Positions 8,975-18,465 are shown, numbered from the stretch's first letter. The stretch: DNA of 26,668 bases from Pseudomonadota bacterium (GCA_043822785.1 JBDRBN010000071.1:1-26668); one strand, 5' to 3'. A program made the numbers and translations. The notes: generated from the sequence alone by a model not told the origin.

Positions 8975-11014
8975 TTAGGACGCGCCTCTTTTGACCACAA
9001 CCTTCACCCACTCAAACTTGTTCTTCAACATCTCCTCAGAAAAACTAAGCTCTCCACGAACATTTGATTGCTTTTCAAATGTCTTGTCTTTGGCATCTAT
9101 TTCATATTTCTGATTTTGTTTTAGCCCTCCAATAGCAAATTGTACCCTTCCCATGGTGTACAATTTAAAACTCACTTCATCTTTGTCAGTTGTCCAACCC
9201 ATTATTCTTCCATTTGCCTTAACAAGGTATGGTTGTGTAGGAGGTGCCATGGTGAGAACTATCTCCGATCTCTCACCGTTATCCAGATGCACATACAACG
9301 AACCCTGATAAGGCATAAATCCTATTACCCCCTTGGATTTTATCAGATCCACATAACCATTGTAGTCATCAATACGTATGGTTCTAAGGTCGCCATTGTC
9401 GGAAATTATCCAATGAGTGGGGGAAACCTTGTCGATTTTTGTTGAAAGAAATCCATCCAGAATATTTAGATAATCAGAAGCAAATACAGGAGCAACCTCC
9501 TGGGAAAGAACCCAATCATAGGCCGACTTCACTGAATCTATAGAAGACTCATATTCCATTACATAAAAGTGATAGTAAATATCAATTGGACGCAGCCTGA
9601 TGGGAGATTCTGTATTTTTTAATGTCTCGATCACAAATTTATAACCATGAAATGGCCCAGTCCATAAATTGGTGTAGACATTTTCATTGGCTTCCGGAGT
9701 AAAGTATTGCAATAAACCGTCAACATGGCGAAAAAGGGGCGCGACAAAAGTGTAACTTGGAAATTCCTTGTCAAAACGTGTATCACCACCATTGAGGTTT
9801 TTTATATTGTGATCATGTGCGTACTTGACGGCTTCATAATCAGGTCGGCAATCGCCAGTCCAGAAGAACACATCGGTCTCTTTGCCCTTTGGCGCAAGAT
9901 TTTCGTTAATATAAGCAATGGATCTGCCTATTTCATTTTCGGGCGAATAAGCATATCCTCTTAGCTTGTAAGCCATTTTGCGTTTCTGACTCTGCCAAAT
10001 TAATGGGTGCGCCCAACCATGACTTGCAACTTCAATATTGGGAAGCATGAATGTTTTCTTAATGGTCTTAAATAATTCCCTTCGTTGTTCATCACCTGCC
10101 AGACTAAGGTCTCCGACAACAACAGAAACAGAAACAGGAATATTGTATTTTGTAAAAATTTCGCGAAAAGCCATTTCTCCACATAGAGTAACGCCATCTA
10201 TATGACTGACATTTCTAATTCCGTCACCGTCCATATGACTAAAAAAGTAGCGCATACCATTGATGCTTGTCGTATCCGGCTTGGGAAAATCAGCATTAAA
10301 GGCAAGGGAAAAGAATTTAAATGGATTAATTTTCCAACGCGATTGATAATTAATGGGGTTGATATAAACTCCGGAATTTAAGGCAAAGCCTCCTTTTGAA
10401 TTAACAAATACCGCATCAGAAGTATCTCCTTCCTTTTTTCGTTTAAGCTTGAGGAATACTTTTGCATCTTTATCCAGAACGTCTATTTTCTTGTATAAAT
10501 TCACTTCCCCTTTTAAGCTCCTCTCAAACTCAGTAATCTCAGGATCATTATAAGCGACCTCTATTAAAAGTGGAGATGTTGCAGACTTAAGGGAATCAAA
10601 TGAGATGTGAAAGGCCTGATAAAACTTATTCAGCACATCATCTGGCGTAGGGCTTTCTTTATCGTCAAAATCAAAACCAAAATCATTGATAATGACAACT
10701 TTTTTTCCTTTTTCCAGCTGCCCGGTCAACCATTTTACATAGTTCGTTGCGCCTTTAATCTTATTATCGTTAAACCAGCTTATAATGCCAAAATACTTCT
10801 GCATCTCATCATCACTGGGAAGATGTTTTGTCACATCGACATAATCTAGCTTAAAGCCCAAATGATTCATGGGCATCTCAGCATAACTGGAAATAAAATT
10901 GATCTCAGTTGGATCAATCACAGCAAGGATATTCCTATTGACGGGTTCAGCAAAAACCGTAAGCGGAAGAAGGGTTAGAATGATCAATAACAGCAGGCGT
11001 TCAATAATACTCAT
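8975..11014 (-). CDS. pelA: PelA-like periplasmic polysaccharide deacetylase lacking the N-terminal glycoside hydrolase domain
   Basis: Signal peptide (LPLTVFA-E). PelA-type motifs FSHMDGDG, EVASHGWAHP, FFWTGDC, NLNGGDT, NENVYTNLWTGP, RLRPIDIYYHFY, LYVHL. Confidence 0.8.
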   Translation of the reverse strand: MSIIERLLLLIILTLLPLTVFAEPVNRNILAVIDPTEINFISSYAEMPMNHLGFKLDYVDVTKHLPSDDEMQKYFGIISWFNDNKIKGATNYVKWLTGQLEKGKKVVIINDFGFDFDDKESPTPDDVLNKFYQAFHISFDSLKSATSPLLIEVAYNDPEITEFERSLKGEVNLYKKIDVLDKDAKVFLKLKRKKEGDTSDAVFVNSKGGFALNSGVYINPINYQSRWKINPFKFFSLAFNADFPKPDTTSINGMRYFFSHMDGDGIRNVSHIDGVTLCGEMAFREIFTKYNIPVSVSVVVGDLSLAGDEQRRELFKTIKKTFMLPNIEVASHGWAHPLIWQSQKRKMAYKLRGYAYSPENEIGRSIAYINENLAPKGKETDVFFWTGDCRPDYEAVKYAHDHNIKNLNGGDTRFDKEFPSYTFVAPLFRHVDGLLQYFTPEANENVYTNLWTGPFHGYKFVIETLKNTESPIRLRPIDIYYHFYVMEYESSIDSVKSAYDWVLSQEVAPVFASDYLNILDGFLSTKIDKVSPTHWIISDNGDLRTIRIDDYNGYVDLIKSKGVIGFMPYQGSLYVHLDNGERSEIVLTMAPPTQPYLVKANGRIMGWTTDKDEVSFKLYTMGRVQFAIGGLKQNQKYEIDAKDKTFEKQSNVRGELSFSEEMLKNKFEWVKVVVKRGAS

Positions 11015-11168
11015 TGAATAGAATAATATAATCCCAGATTGGTTGGGTCAATGAGTTTCGGGTCCGATTCATTATTCCTCAATATCTTCCAGAAGTTCCA
11101 AGCAGAATCTATTATCTCCCTTGATGATTCAGAAACGTTTCGGAACATAGTAGTAAAGGGAGGCAATC

Positions 11169-12848
11169 ATGGCCGAAATCAATATTGTGTCAGCACCTCG
11201 CGAGTATCGCACCTATCTGGAAGAGGTTGATCGGGCGGGCAATAACAACAATCTGATCGATACCGAAACAGAGCTTAAGACAGCAGCTCGAGTAATCTGC
11301 CTTGACGGGTACTTTTATTGCAACGGCTTTTTCCGATATGCACAATCAAACGGATTCCCTGATTTTAAGCTGGAGGAGCACCTAACACCAGGCAAGGAAC
11401 TTTACGGAAACATAGTCCATAAGATCGAAGGTCATCTGAGAAAGCTCACAAGCGGCGGCGAATGCACTGACGCCGCAGATTCACTCATCGAAATGGCTAA
11501 GGACAACTGGCCTGTCGAGATCGAGGAGCGCATTTTAGCTTCGGCGCTAAATGCGCTAAATGGACCAAGCAAGTTGGGAAGGATGGAATCTCCTCGCCTT
11601 CTTGAAGCGCTTGCTAAGTCCAATCTTCCGCCCTCTTCCAAAGAGCGCATGATCGCGCCCCTGCTATGGAATCTGAAAAACAGCCTCACCACCAATGAAG
11701 GCGATTTCTCCGAAATCCCGGCTGCCTTTGGCGCGCTTGCAGCATCCGACATCCCCATAGAGAAAAAACTCACAATGACCTCCGAGCTCATGCAGCTCAT
11801 CGGCACAGGGAACTGGCACCGCCAAATTACAGCGCGTGGATCAGTGTTTGCTATTGGCTGGAATATCAAAACTGAACAAACAGAACGCATGGTCGATCAT
11901 TTTATAGCAGCATTGAAAAATACCAAACCGAACGTGAGATCCGGCGCCCTGATTGGTATTTCAAGCATGGTCAACTCTATCGATTCTCAATTGAATCCTA
12001 AATTGTCTCAAGGGATTAAGCTTAAGATGCTGGATCAAGTCGTTGCAGCTCTCAGCGATCCGTCAGTCAATGTTCGTGGAGACGCCATCTTATCCCTTAA
12101 GTCATTCTTGTTGGCGGATCTGCCGCTGAAGACCAACCAGAAAATCATGGGGCTTCTTGAGCCGTTACTTAAAAGCAATGAGGACAAAATCAAGCGCTCT
12201 GCCGTAGTCGTATTGTCCATGCTCACAGAAAACTTAGGTCTCAATCAGTTGCGGGCTGAACTAAAGCCGCAGGTGGCGCAACTTCTCATATCTCTGCTTC
12301 AAAACGGAAATGATAAGGATAAACGCTTGGCTTTAATGGGCCTCACCCCACTTGCCGAAAGCGGGAACATCACCACGGTGAGTGAGGCAATGGCTGATGA
12401 TGTGATCGCACATCTCAAAAATGATGATGAAATGACAAGGAACTGCTCAAAAAGAATTCTCAATGCCCTCTCTCAAACTGCAACAGAGCCGCTTTTATCC
12501 AAGATCAAAAACGCGCTGAAACAGGCAGCTCCTTATCCTGCGCCGACCGTCCAGTCCGTGATCAGGACAGGAGCAGCGGGGAAATTTTTGCGCTCCCAAA
12601 AATACATCGCCACTCTTGAATTCTCGGAGGTGCCAAAGGGTGCTGTGAGCATCAAACCCATGCTCAATGGCTACAAACAGCCACAGGGCTTGATCGCCAA
12701 GAACCGCGCAACCACAGCAATCTGGATGGACTGGAGGGATTCAGAGGTTATGGCAAAGGTCAAATTTTATGATAGCGCCCAAAAGTTGATTGGCGAAACT
12801 GATTTATTTATCATCAATAATCCCGATTATAAAGATCCGAGCAAATAA
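11169..12848 (+). CDS. HEAT/ARM-repeat protein of unknown function
   Basis: SD GGGAGG. HEAT-like units ALKNTKPNVRSGALIGI, ALSDPSVNVRGDAILSL, LLKSNEDKIKRSAVVVL, LLQNGNDKDKRLALMGL, HLKNDDEMTRNCSKRIL. Confidence 0.85.
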   Translation: MAEINIVSAPREYRTYLEEVDRAGNNNNLIDTETELKTAARVICLDGYFYCNGFFRYAQSNGFPDFKLEEHLTPGKELYGNIVHKIEGHLRKLTSGGECTDAADSLIEMAKDNWPVEIEERILASALNALNGPSKLGRMESPRLLEALAKSNLPPSSKERMIAPLLWNLKNSLTTNEGDFSEIPAAFGALAASDIPIEKKLTMTSELMQLIGTGNWHRQITARGSVFAIGWNIKTEQTERMVDHFIAALKNTKPNVRSGALIGISSMVNSIDSQLNPKLSQGIKLKMLDQVVAALSDPSVNVRGDAILSLKSFLLADLPLKTNQKIMGLLEPLLKSNEDKIKRSAVVVLSMLTENLGLNQLRAELKPQVAQLLISLLQNGNDKDKRLALMGLTPLAESGNITTVSEAMADDVIAHLKNDDEMTRNCSKRILNALSQTATEPLLSKIKNALKQAAPYPAPTVQSVIRTGAAGKFLRSQKYIATLEFSEVPKGAVSIKPMLNGYKQPQGLIAKNRATTAIWMDWRDSEVMAKVKFYDSAQKLIGETDLFIINNPDYKDPSK

Positions 12849-12883
12849 CAGGTAAGGCCTCTGCACTATGACAGAGCAACTTT

Positions 12884-12914
12884 AGACGGCGCAAATTTGC
12901 TCCGTCTTTTCTTT
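12884..12914 (+). terminator. Rho-independent terminator
   Basis: AGACGG(C)GCAAA / TTTGC(T)CCGTCT stem followed by TTTCTTT, about 35 nt after the stop at 12848. Confidence 0.65.
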
Positions 12915-12979
12915 GCCATTGCATTCCATCAATAGTGGCATTAAATTAGTGTCCACATATTAATGAAAGGGGGATTGAT

Positions 12980-13672
12980 ATGCAAAACCAACTTCTGACG
13001 TGGAGGGATGCAATCGTGCAGGCCCTCCAAAGCTTTGTAAATGACATCATCTCTGTAGTACCAAGCATTATCGCTGCAATCGTTGTACTCATCATCGGTT
13101 TGCTCCTGGCAAGCCTCTTAGGCCATGTGGCCCGCAAGCTCATCGACCTGACTAAGTTGGACATGCTTCTACAAAAAGCCGTTGGTGTGGGAAAACTCAA
13201 GGATCGGGGACTCGAAATTACGGCCTCATCCCTAGTCGGATGGGTAGTCAAATGGTTTATCATCATCGTCACCTTCATCGCCGTTGCCGACATTCTGAAG
13301 TGGGCTCAGCTGACAAGCTTCTTTGAAGCAGTTGCCCTATACGTGCCGAATGTCATCATCGCAGTCCTCATCCTCCTGGTAGGCTTTATCCTGGGCGGCG
13401 GCTTAAAAGAACTGGTCATAAAAGCAGTCAAGGCCTCAAGGCTTCCAGAGACTTCAGCCGGCCTTCTGGGCACAGTGGCTCGCACCGCAGTCATCGTGTT
13501 TGCGATCATGGCGTCTCTCACCCAGCTTGGAGTAGCAGCCGACCTGGTAAAGATCCTCTTCACCGGCTTGATCGCCATGCTTGCTCTGGCAGGAGGACTT
13601 TCGTTTGGCTTAGGCGGCAGGGACCATGCCACCCAGTGGCTGGATAAAGTTCGAAAGGAAATACAGCACTAA
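12980..13672 (+). CDS. CmpX-like / TM_helix (small-conductance mechanosensitive channel-associated) membrane protein
   Basis: Two repeats (PSIIAAIVVLIIG, PNVIIAVLILLVG), LTQLGVA, and C-terminal GLSFGLGGRD. SD AAGGGGG. Confidence 0.85.
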   Translation: MQNQLLTWRDAIVQALQSFVNDIISVVPSIIAAIVVLIIGLLLASLLGHVARKLIDLTKLDMLLQKAVGVGKLKDRGLEITASSLVGWVVKWFIIIVTFIAVADILKWAQLTSFFEAVALYVPNVIIAVLILLVGFILGGGLKELVIKAVKASRLPETSAGLLGTVARTAVIVFAIMASLTQLGVAADLVKILFTGLIAMLALAGGLSFGLGGRDHATQWLDKVRKEIQH

Positions 13673-13693
13673 GACAAACTATTGAGCGTTTTT

Positions 13694-13733
13694 AAAGGGC
13701 CCCCGCCTATGTATGGACGTAGGGGCCCTTTTT
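13694..13733 (+). terminator. Rho-independent terminator
   Basis: AAAGGGCCCC...GGGGCCCTTT stem followed by a T-run, 21 nt after the stop at 13672. Confidence 0.7.
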
Positions 13734-13780
13734 AATTTCATCCGGTTTACTTTTCTGCCCCCTTGTGGGATTTAAGCCAC

Positions 13781-15010
13781 ATGAACTTCTTCTCAGTCAT
13801 TGCGATCCTGCTCACTGCAGCTGCTCTGTTTAGCTTTCTCAATCACCGTTATCTCCATCTCCCACGCGCCATCGGCATCATGCTGATAGCGCTTCTCATA
13901 TCCATCGTCATCATGCTAAGCGACGTGCTGGGCTTTGCCGCCGGTTGGCGCTTGCGTGAGTTGCTTGCCGACATAAATTTCAGCCAAACCCTTTTGCAGG
14001 GCATGCTCTCATTTATGTTGTTTGCGGGCGCCCTGCAGACAAACTATCTTGATCTCAAAAAGGAAAAATATGTTGTTGGCACGCTCGCGACAGTTGGCGT
14101 GATCATATCCACCTTTATAATCGGCGTCGGCACTCATTTTATCATGCGTCTTTTAGGCATTGAGCTGTCTTTATTATATTGCCTTGCCTTTGGCGCCCTC
14201 ATTTCCCCTACCGATCCTATTGCAGTGCTCGCTGTTCTCAAACATGCAAACATACCAAAAAGCGTTAGCACAGAGATAGCGGGTGAGGCGCTCTTTAATG
14301 ACGGGATGGGAGTAGTTGCCTTTTTTATCTTCATGACGCTCGCAACTGCACACGCCCATCTGGCATCGTCCGAAATAGCGCTTATCCTTATAAGAACTGT
14401 CATCGGCGGCATTCTGATCGGCATCGTGCTGGGTTGGATTGGGGCCTGGCTAACAAGCAGTGCAAATGATGTGCAGGTAGAAGCCCTCATCACACTTGCG
14501 CTCGCCGCAGGCGGATATGCGCTTGCAATGTGGCTTAAAACATCTGCACCCATAGCTGTTGTAGTCGCTGGCCTCTGGCTGGGTCATAAGCGCCGGCTTT
14601 ACGATCCAGAAAGCAGACAACCAGGTCAGCTCGCCTTTTTTTGGGAACTGATCGATGAAATTCTCAATGCCCTTCTCTTTGTGCTCATAGGTTTTTATCT
14701 GCTCATGCTTCCGCTTGAGCCGCATGAGTTAACTGTTGGTGGGCTGGCCATAGTGGTAGTGCTTCTGGGCCGCTACATCAGCGTAGGCGCGATAGTCGCT
14801 TTCTTCAGGCTTCGCAGGCCAGTTACTCCAAAGGTAGTAAGCATGCTCACATGGGGAGGCATTCGCGGGGGCATATCTATCGCGCTGGCGCTCTCCATAC
14901 CAGTGGACCAGCCGCGAGAGATCATCGTATCCATAACCTATATCGTAGTGGCCTTTTCAATTTTAGTTCAGGGACTCACGATCAGGAAGCTGATTAAGGA
15001 GAAACAATGA
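13781..15010 (+). CDS. nhaP: Na+/H+ antiporter, CPA1 (NhaP-like) family
   Basis: FMLFAGAL, FGALISPTDPIAVL, GEALFNDG, DEILNALLFVLIG, TWGGIRGGISIALAL, VQGLT. ATG at 13781 preferred over the TTG at 13763. Confidence 0.92.
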   Translation: MNFFSVIAILLTAAALFSFLNHRYLHLPRAIGIMLIALLISIVIMLSDVLGFAAGWRLRELLADINFSQTLLQGMLSFMLFAGALQTNYLDLKKEKYVVGTLATVGVIISTFIIGVGTHFIMRLLGIELSLLYCLAFGALISPTDPIAVLAVLKHANIPKSVSTEIAGEALFNDGMGVVAFFIFMTLATAHAHLASSEIALILIRTVIGGILIGIVLGWIGAWLTSSANDVQVEALITLALAAGGYALAMWLKTSAPIAVVVAGLWLGHKRRLYDPESRQPGQLAFFWELIDEILNALLFVLIGFYLLMLPLEPHELTVGGLAIVVVLLGRYISVGAIVAFFRLRRPVTPKVVSMLTWGGIRGGISIALALSIPVDQPREIIVSITYIVVAFSILVQGLTIRKLIKEKQ

Positions 15011-15984
15011 ATAAAACAAAGATCGCACTCGTGCTAATGACGATCGTTCTTGCGTTTATCGCAGCGAAGTTTGTAGCCTGCGGTGGCAGCAGCGGCGGTG
15101 GTGGTGGAGGTGGAGGTGGCGGAGGCACACAAACAGATCGCCTTAGGATCACAAACAACTGCGGCTACACGATCTGGATTCAGCAAGAGAATATGCCCTC
15201 TGGAACTGCGTCGGTCGTAAAAATAGAACAGGGCTCATCTTATGATTATGAGATTCCTGATGAGGGCCTGGCATCCACCAGGTTTTGGCCTAAAAAGGGT
15301 TGCGATGGAAGCGGCCAGGATTGCGAGTGGGGCCAGAGCTCAAACCCCTGTCCGACGACAACAGGTTGCGCGCCACCAGTTGAGTCCAAGCTAGAAGCAA
15401 CATGGGGATGCACGCTCGCTGATCAAACACAATGTGCCTATACTCCCCAGGGAGATCAAATAACAGATACATATTTCAATACCAGCGCCGTTGATGGATA
15501 TACATTTCCTTATACTGTTACAGTAAGCGGCAATACGATCACAGATGAAGGGCAGCCTTGTCAGAATATCGACTGCACCAATATGGATTTGAGCCGCTGC
15601 CCAACAGGTGAAAACTTAAGCCAAGGGCAAACTCAAACACATCCCGAATACGCAAGTGAAGATCTTAGAGTATTTGATCCCAATAATACGAGCCAAGTGA
15701 TAGGATGTTTTTCCCCATGTAAGAAACTCAACTATACTGCCACCTGGAGCGGGCTGGGCTTAAATGAACAAAGCGATGCAGTAGTGATGTATTGCTGCCC
15801 TACCCCACCTATCAGCACAGAAGAGTGCAGGGCAGGACCGGTTGTGAATACACAGTATGTAGCGCTCATACATGAGATGTGCACGGGCGGCGTGTATGGC
15901 TATGCCTATGATGACATTGCGGGGCTGCATAAATGTTCTGCAGGCACGATGATAGAGATGACGTTCGGCCCGAACTGCCCGTGA
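15007..15984 (+). CDS. Thaumatin (PR-5)-family lipoprotein, putative beta-1,3-glucan binding or glucanase
   Basis: Signal peptide with lipobox FVA-C and a poly-Gly linker, then ITNNCGYTIW, RFWPKKGC, KLEATW, SAVDGY, GCFSPC, YCC, YGYAYDD, MTFGP. 18 Cys after the lipid-anchor Cys. SD AAGGAG. Confidence 0.85.
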   Translation: MNKTKIALVLMTIVLAFIAAKFVACGGSSGGGGGGGGGGGTQTDRLRITNNCGYTIWIQQENMPSGTASVVKIEQGSSYDYEIPDEGLASTRFWPKKGCDGSGQDCEWGQSSNPCPTTTGCAPPVESKLEATWGCTLADQTQCAYTPQGDQITDTYFNTSAVDGYTFPYTVTVSGNTITDEGQPCQNIDCTNMDLSRCPTGENLSQGQTQTHPEYASEDLRVFDPNNTSQVIGCFSPCKKLNYTATWSGLGLNEQSDAVVMYCCPTPPISTEECRAGPVVNTQYVALIHEMCTGGVYGYAYDDIAGLHKCSAGTMIEMTFGPNCP

Positions 15985-15995
15985 ACAATTCATTT

Positions 15996-16532
15996 ATGGC
16001 AAGCATCATCATCTATATAGCGGTACTCGTTCAATTGCTCACATTCAGCTCTGCTGGGTGGACAAAGGATTATAAAACCACACAGTTCAGCTGTTCTGGT
16101 ATGAGCGGATTCATATTTGAATATCCTTCTTTTAAAGATTGGGAATCAAAAGAAGTTAAGAGCAGTAGGAAGAATCAGTGCTTTATCTATTTTAACTGGC
16201 CGCCTTGCATCTTATATGAGATTGCACCTCAGATCATAATCGAGAAGATGAAAAAAGATAAAATTCACGAGAACGTGCATTCAAGAGGAACAAATCCAAA
16301 TGGAATTCATTATGGGCGCATCTTCGACCCAGCACTTTATGTCAGTGGATACAAACCAAAGCCAGACGATTGGGATTGGTTGATCTTCTACAAAAATAAT
16401 ACAGCTATCAGGATTAGCAGAAATCAATTCGGTTCATCAGATGAAGATTCTGAGTGTGGAAAAAAGTACAATATTTTTAACGAAAGCCTCTTCTACGATA
16501 CAATCATCAAGACATTCAGATGGACTGAATAA
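15996..16532 (+). CDS. Hypothetical exported protein (about 178 aa)
   Basis: ATG at 15996, 11 nt after the thaumatin stop. Hydrophobic N-terminus (MASIIIYIAVLVQLLTFSSAG). AT-rich, no recognisable family. Confidence 0.65.
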   Translation: MASIIIYIAVLVQLLTFSSAGWTKDYKTTQFSCSGMSGFIFEYPSFKDWESKEVKSSRKNQCFIYFNWPPCILYEIAPQIIIEKMKKDKIHENVHSRGTNPNGIHYGRIFDPALYVSGYKPKPDDWDWLIFYKNNTAIRISRNQFGSSDEDSECGKKYNIFNESLFYDTIIKTFRWTE

Positions 16533-16545
16533 AAAGTTGCCTCTT

Positions 16546-16794
16546 ATGAAGCCATGGTTTGTTTACATACTCCAGTGCGCTGATAACAGCCTGTACACCG
16601 GTACGACCATCGACATTGCATCCCGTTTTGCCGCTCACAAAACCGGCAAAGGAGCCAAGTTCACAAGGAGCCGCGGTGCCAAAAAAATCCTCTACTCTGA
16701 AAAGTTCAGCGCAAAATCCGATGCCATGAAGCGCGAACGAGAGATAAAGGGCTTGAGCCGTAAAGAAAAGCTTGCACTGATCTCGTACTCCTGA
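16546..16794 (+). CDS. GIY-YIG nuclease family protein (UPF0213, YazA/YhbQ-like)
   Basis: WFVYILQCADNSLYTGTT, R..AH..GKGAKFTRSR, AMKREREIK. ATG at 16546. Confidence 0.92.
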   Translation: MKPWFVYILQCADNSLYTGTTIDIASRFAAHKTGKGAKFTRSRGAKKILYSEKFSAKSDAMKREREIKGLSRKEKLALISYS

Positions 16795-16807
16795 GGAGGG
16801 TAATTCG

Positions 16808-17662
16808 ATGAAGACCGCAACGCTTAATATCACATGCCCAGACAAGAAGGGCTTGGTAGCAGATCTTACCCAGTTTGTCTTTCATAATAGAGGCAACATC
16901 CTTGCCCTGGATCAGTATGTGGATGAAGAGGAAAAGGTCTTCTTCATGCGGCTTGAGTGGGATATGCGGGGTTTTAAAATTTCACGCAAAGAACTTCTTA
17001 TATCTCTTAAAAAACATGCAAAAGGAAAGGCATATGCTGGAGGTTGGGAGCTCTTTTTCAGCGATGTAAAACCTCGCATGGCAATTTTGGTGTCAAAGCA
17101 CGATCATTGTTTGTTTGATCTATTGCTCAGACACAAATCAGGCGAGCTTAACTGCGATATCCCGCTCATCATAAGCAATCACAATGAAACAAAGACCATA
17201 GCTGACATGTTTGGCGTGGACTTTTGTCATATCCCTGTTCCTAAGAAAGGCAAGGCTTCTGCTGAAAAAAGGCAACTCAAAACATTGGCTGAATATAATG
17301 TCGATTTTATAGTTCTTGCTCGCTATATGCAGATCTTAAGCGGAAAATTTATCGCGCACTTTAAAAGCAAGATCATCAACGTGCATCATTCATTTTTACC
17401 AGCATTCAAGGGCGCAGGCGCATATCGGCAGGCTTGGGAAAAGGGCGTCAAGGTCATCGGAGCAACATCACATTTTGTTACAACAGAGCTAGATCACGGT
17501 CCAATTATTTGCCAGAAGGTTGAAGGCATATCGCATCTCGATACTGTTGATGATTTGATGCGCAAGGGAAAAGACCTAGAGCGGACCGTGCTCGCAGAAG
17601 CCACAAGACTCTTCATCGAACACAGACTATTCATCTATAAAGGCAAAACCGTAATATTTTAA
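16808..17662 (+). CDS. purU: Formyltetrahydrofolate deformylase
   Basis: ACT domain CPDKKGLVA, VSKHDHCL, VLARYMQIL, INVHHSFLPAFKGA, GVKVIGATSHFVT, LDHGPII. SD GAGGAGG. Confidence 0.97.
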   Translation: MKTATLNITCPDKKGLVADLTQFVFHNRGNILALDQYVDEEEKVFFMRLEWDMRGFKISRKELLISLKKHAKGKAYAGGWELFFSDVKPRMAILVSKHDHCLFDLLLRHKSGELNCDIPLIISNHNETKTIADMFGVDFCHIPVPKKGKASAEKRQLKTLAEYNVDFIVLARYMQILSGKFIAHFKSKIINVHHSFLPAFKGAGAYRQAWEKGVKVIGATSHFVTTELDHGPIICQKVEGISHLDTVDDLMRKGKDLERTVLAEATRLFIEHRLFIYKGKTVIF

Positions 17663-17679
17663 TCGCCTTCACCATTAAA

Positions 17680-17703
17680 TTAGCTGGGGGCATTGGTTTC
17701 GGT
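17680..17703 (+). repeat. Degenerate direct copy of the left end of the 19008-19256 palindrome
   Basis: TTAGCTGGGGGCATTGGTTTCGGT versus TTAGCTGGGAGAGGTGGTTTTGGT (19008-19031): 19/24 identical, ungapped. Confidence 0.6.
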
Positions 17704-17704
17704 G

Positions 17705-17893
17705 TTATTTTGCAGCCTTTTTTATATGAGTCTGTTGACTTAAGCGACCATTCGATGAATTCGCTACTCTAGTTGATGGAAGATTCGAAATATCTCCGCG
17801 CTTCCAATCCGGCCATTTATCAACCCGTGCGGATGTGCGTTCAACATACTCCCAAAATTGCCTGCTATCTTTATCTTTTTTGTTTTTTTCCAT
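17705..17893 (-). CDS. Small hypothetical protein (62 aa), third gene of the TA operon
   Basis: SD GAGGG then ATG at 17893, 32 nt after the antitoxin stop. Sequence MEKNKKDKDSRQFWEYVERTSARVDKWPDWKRG... Confidence 0.55.
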   Translation of the reverse strand: MEKNKKDKDSRQFWEYVERTSARVDKWPDWKRGDISNLPSTRVANSSNGRLSQQTHIKKAAK

Positions 17894-17925
17894 TTTTATC
17901 CCTCGCAATAAGTCTTTCCCGCTTA

Positions 17926-18465
17926 TCAGTGGCAATATGCAGTTTGTTTTTCGACTTGTGGAATCATATGGGGTTGGGGAATACACTCCAACTTTGGCAT
18001 ATCCACTTCAATCTTCTTTCGCACAATAGTGAATACTTTTTGCCGTTGAATAGCTTCTTCAAGCCCGTCCAATCTGTCAGCTAACATTTTTTGCATATTG
18101 TTCCAGAAAAGTAGTCTTATTGCTTTATCGCTTCTCGAACTTGGCTCTTTCTTTTCATTTTCCCATTTGCTTACTGCATAATGGGTTACGCCAAGTCTCT
18201 CTGCAAATTCTTGAGAACTCATGTTCATTTCTCTTCTCAAGAAGGATATTTCTTCTCCTCTTAGGAGTGCGGCTTTATTAATCAAAGCTAGTCCGACAGC
18301 GAGATGCAAAAACCATATTCTTGGAATTTCGATAACTTCGTCACCGCATTTGGGGCATTTAAAATGCTTGAAGTTTGTCAAATAGAGATTTGACAGCCCA
18401 GACTCCTCATATTTGTAAGGGCTGTTATCTGGAACTAACTCTATGTTGCATTCATAGCATTTCAT
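17926..18465 (-). CDS. MqsA/YgiT-type antitoxin (zinc ribbon plus Xre HTH) with C-terminal extension
   Basis: CYEC...CPKC zinc ribbon, YKYEESGLSNLYL, HTH LRREMNMSSQEFAERLGVTHYAVSKWEN. SD AAGGTG. Confidence 0.88.
   Translation of the reverse strand: MKCYECNIELVPDNSPYKYEESGLSNLYLTNFKHFKCPKCGDEVIEIPRIWFLHLAVGLALINKAALLRGEEISFLRREMNMSSQEFAERLGVTHYAVSKWENEKKEPSSRSDKAIRLLFWNNMQKMLADRLDGLEEAIQRQKVFTIVRKKIEVDMPKLECIPQPHMIPQVEKQTAYCH

Noticed and set aside
15082..15126. GGN trinucleotide run
   Set aside because: It encodes the Gly/Ser linker of the lipoprotein with mixed codons and is not an independent repeat element.
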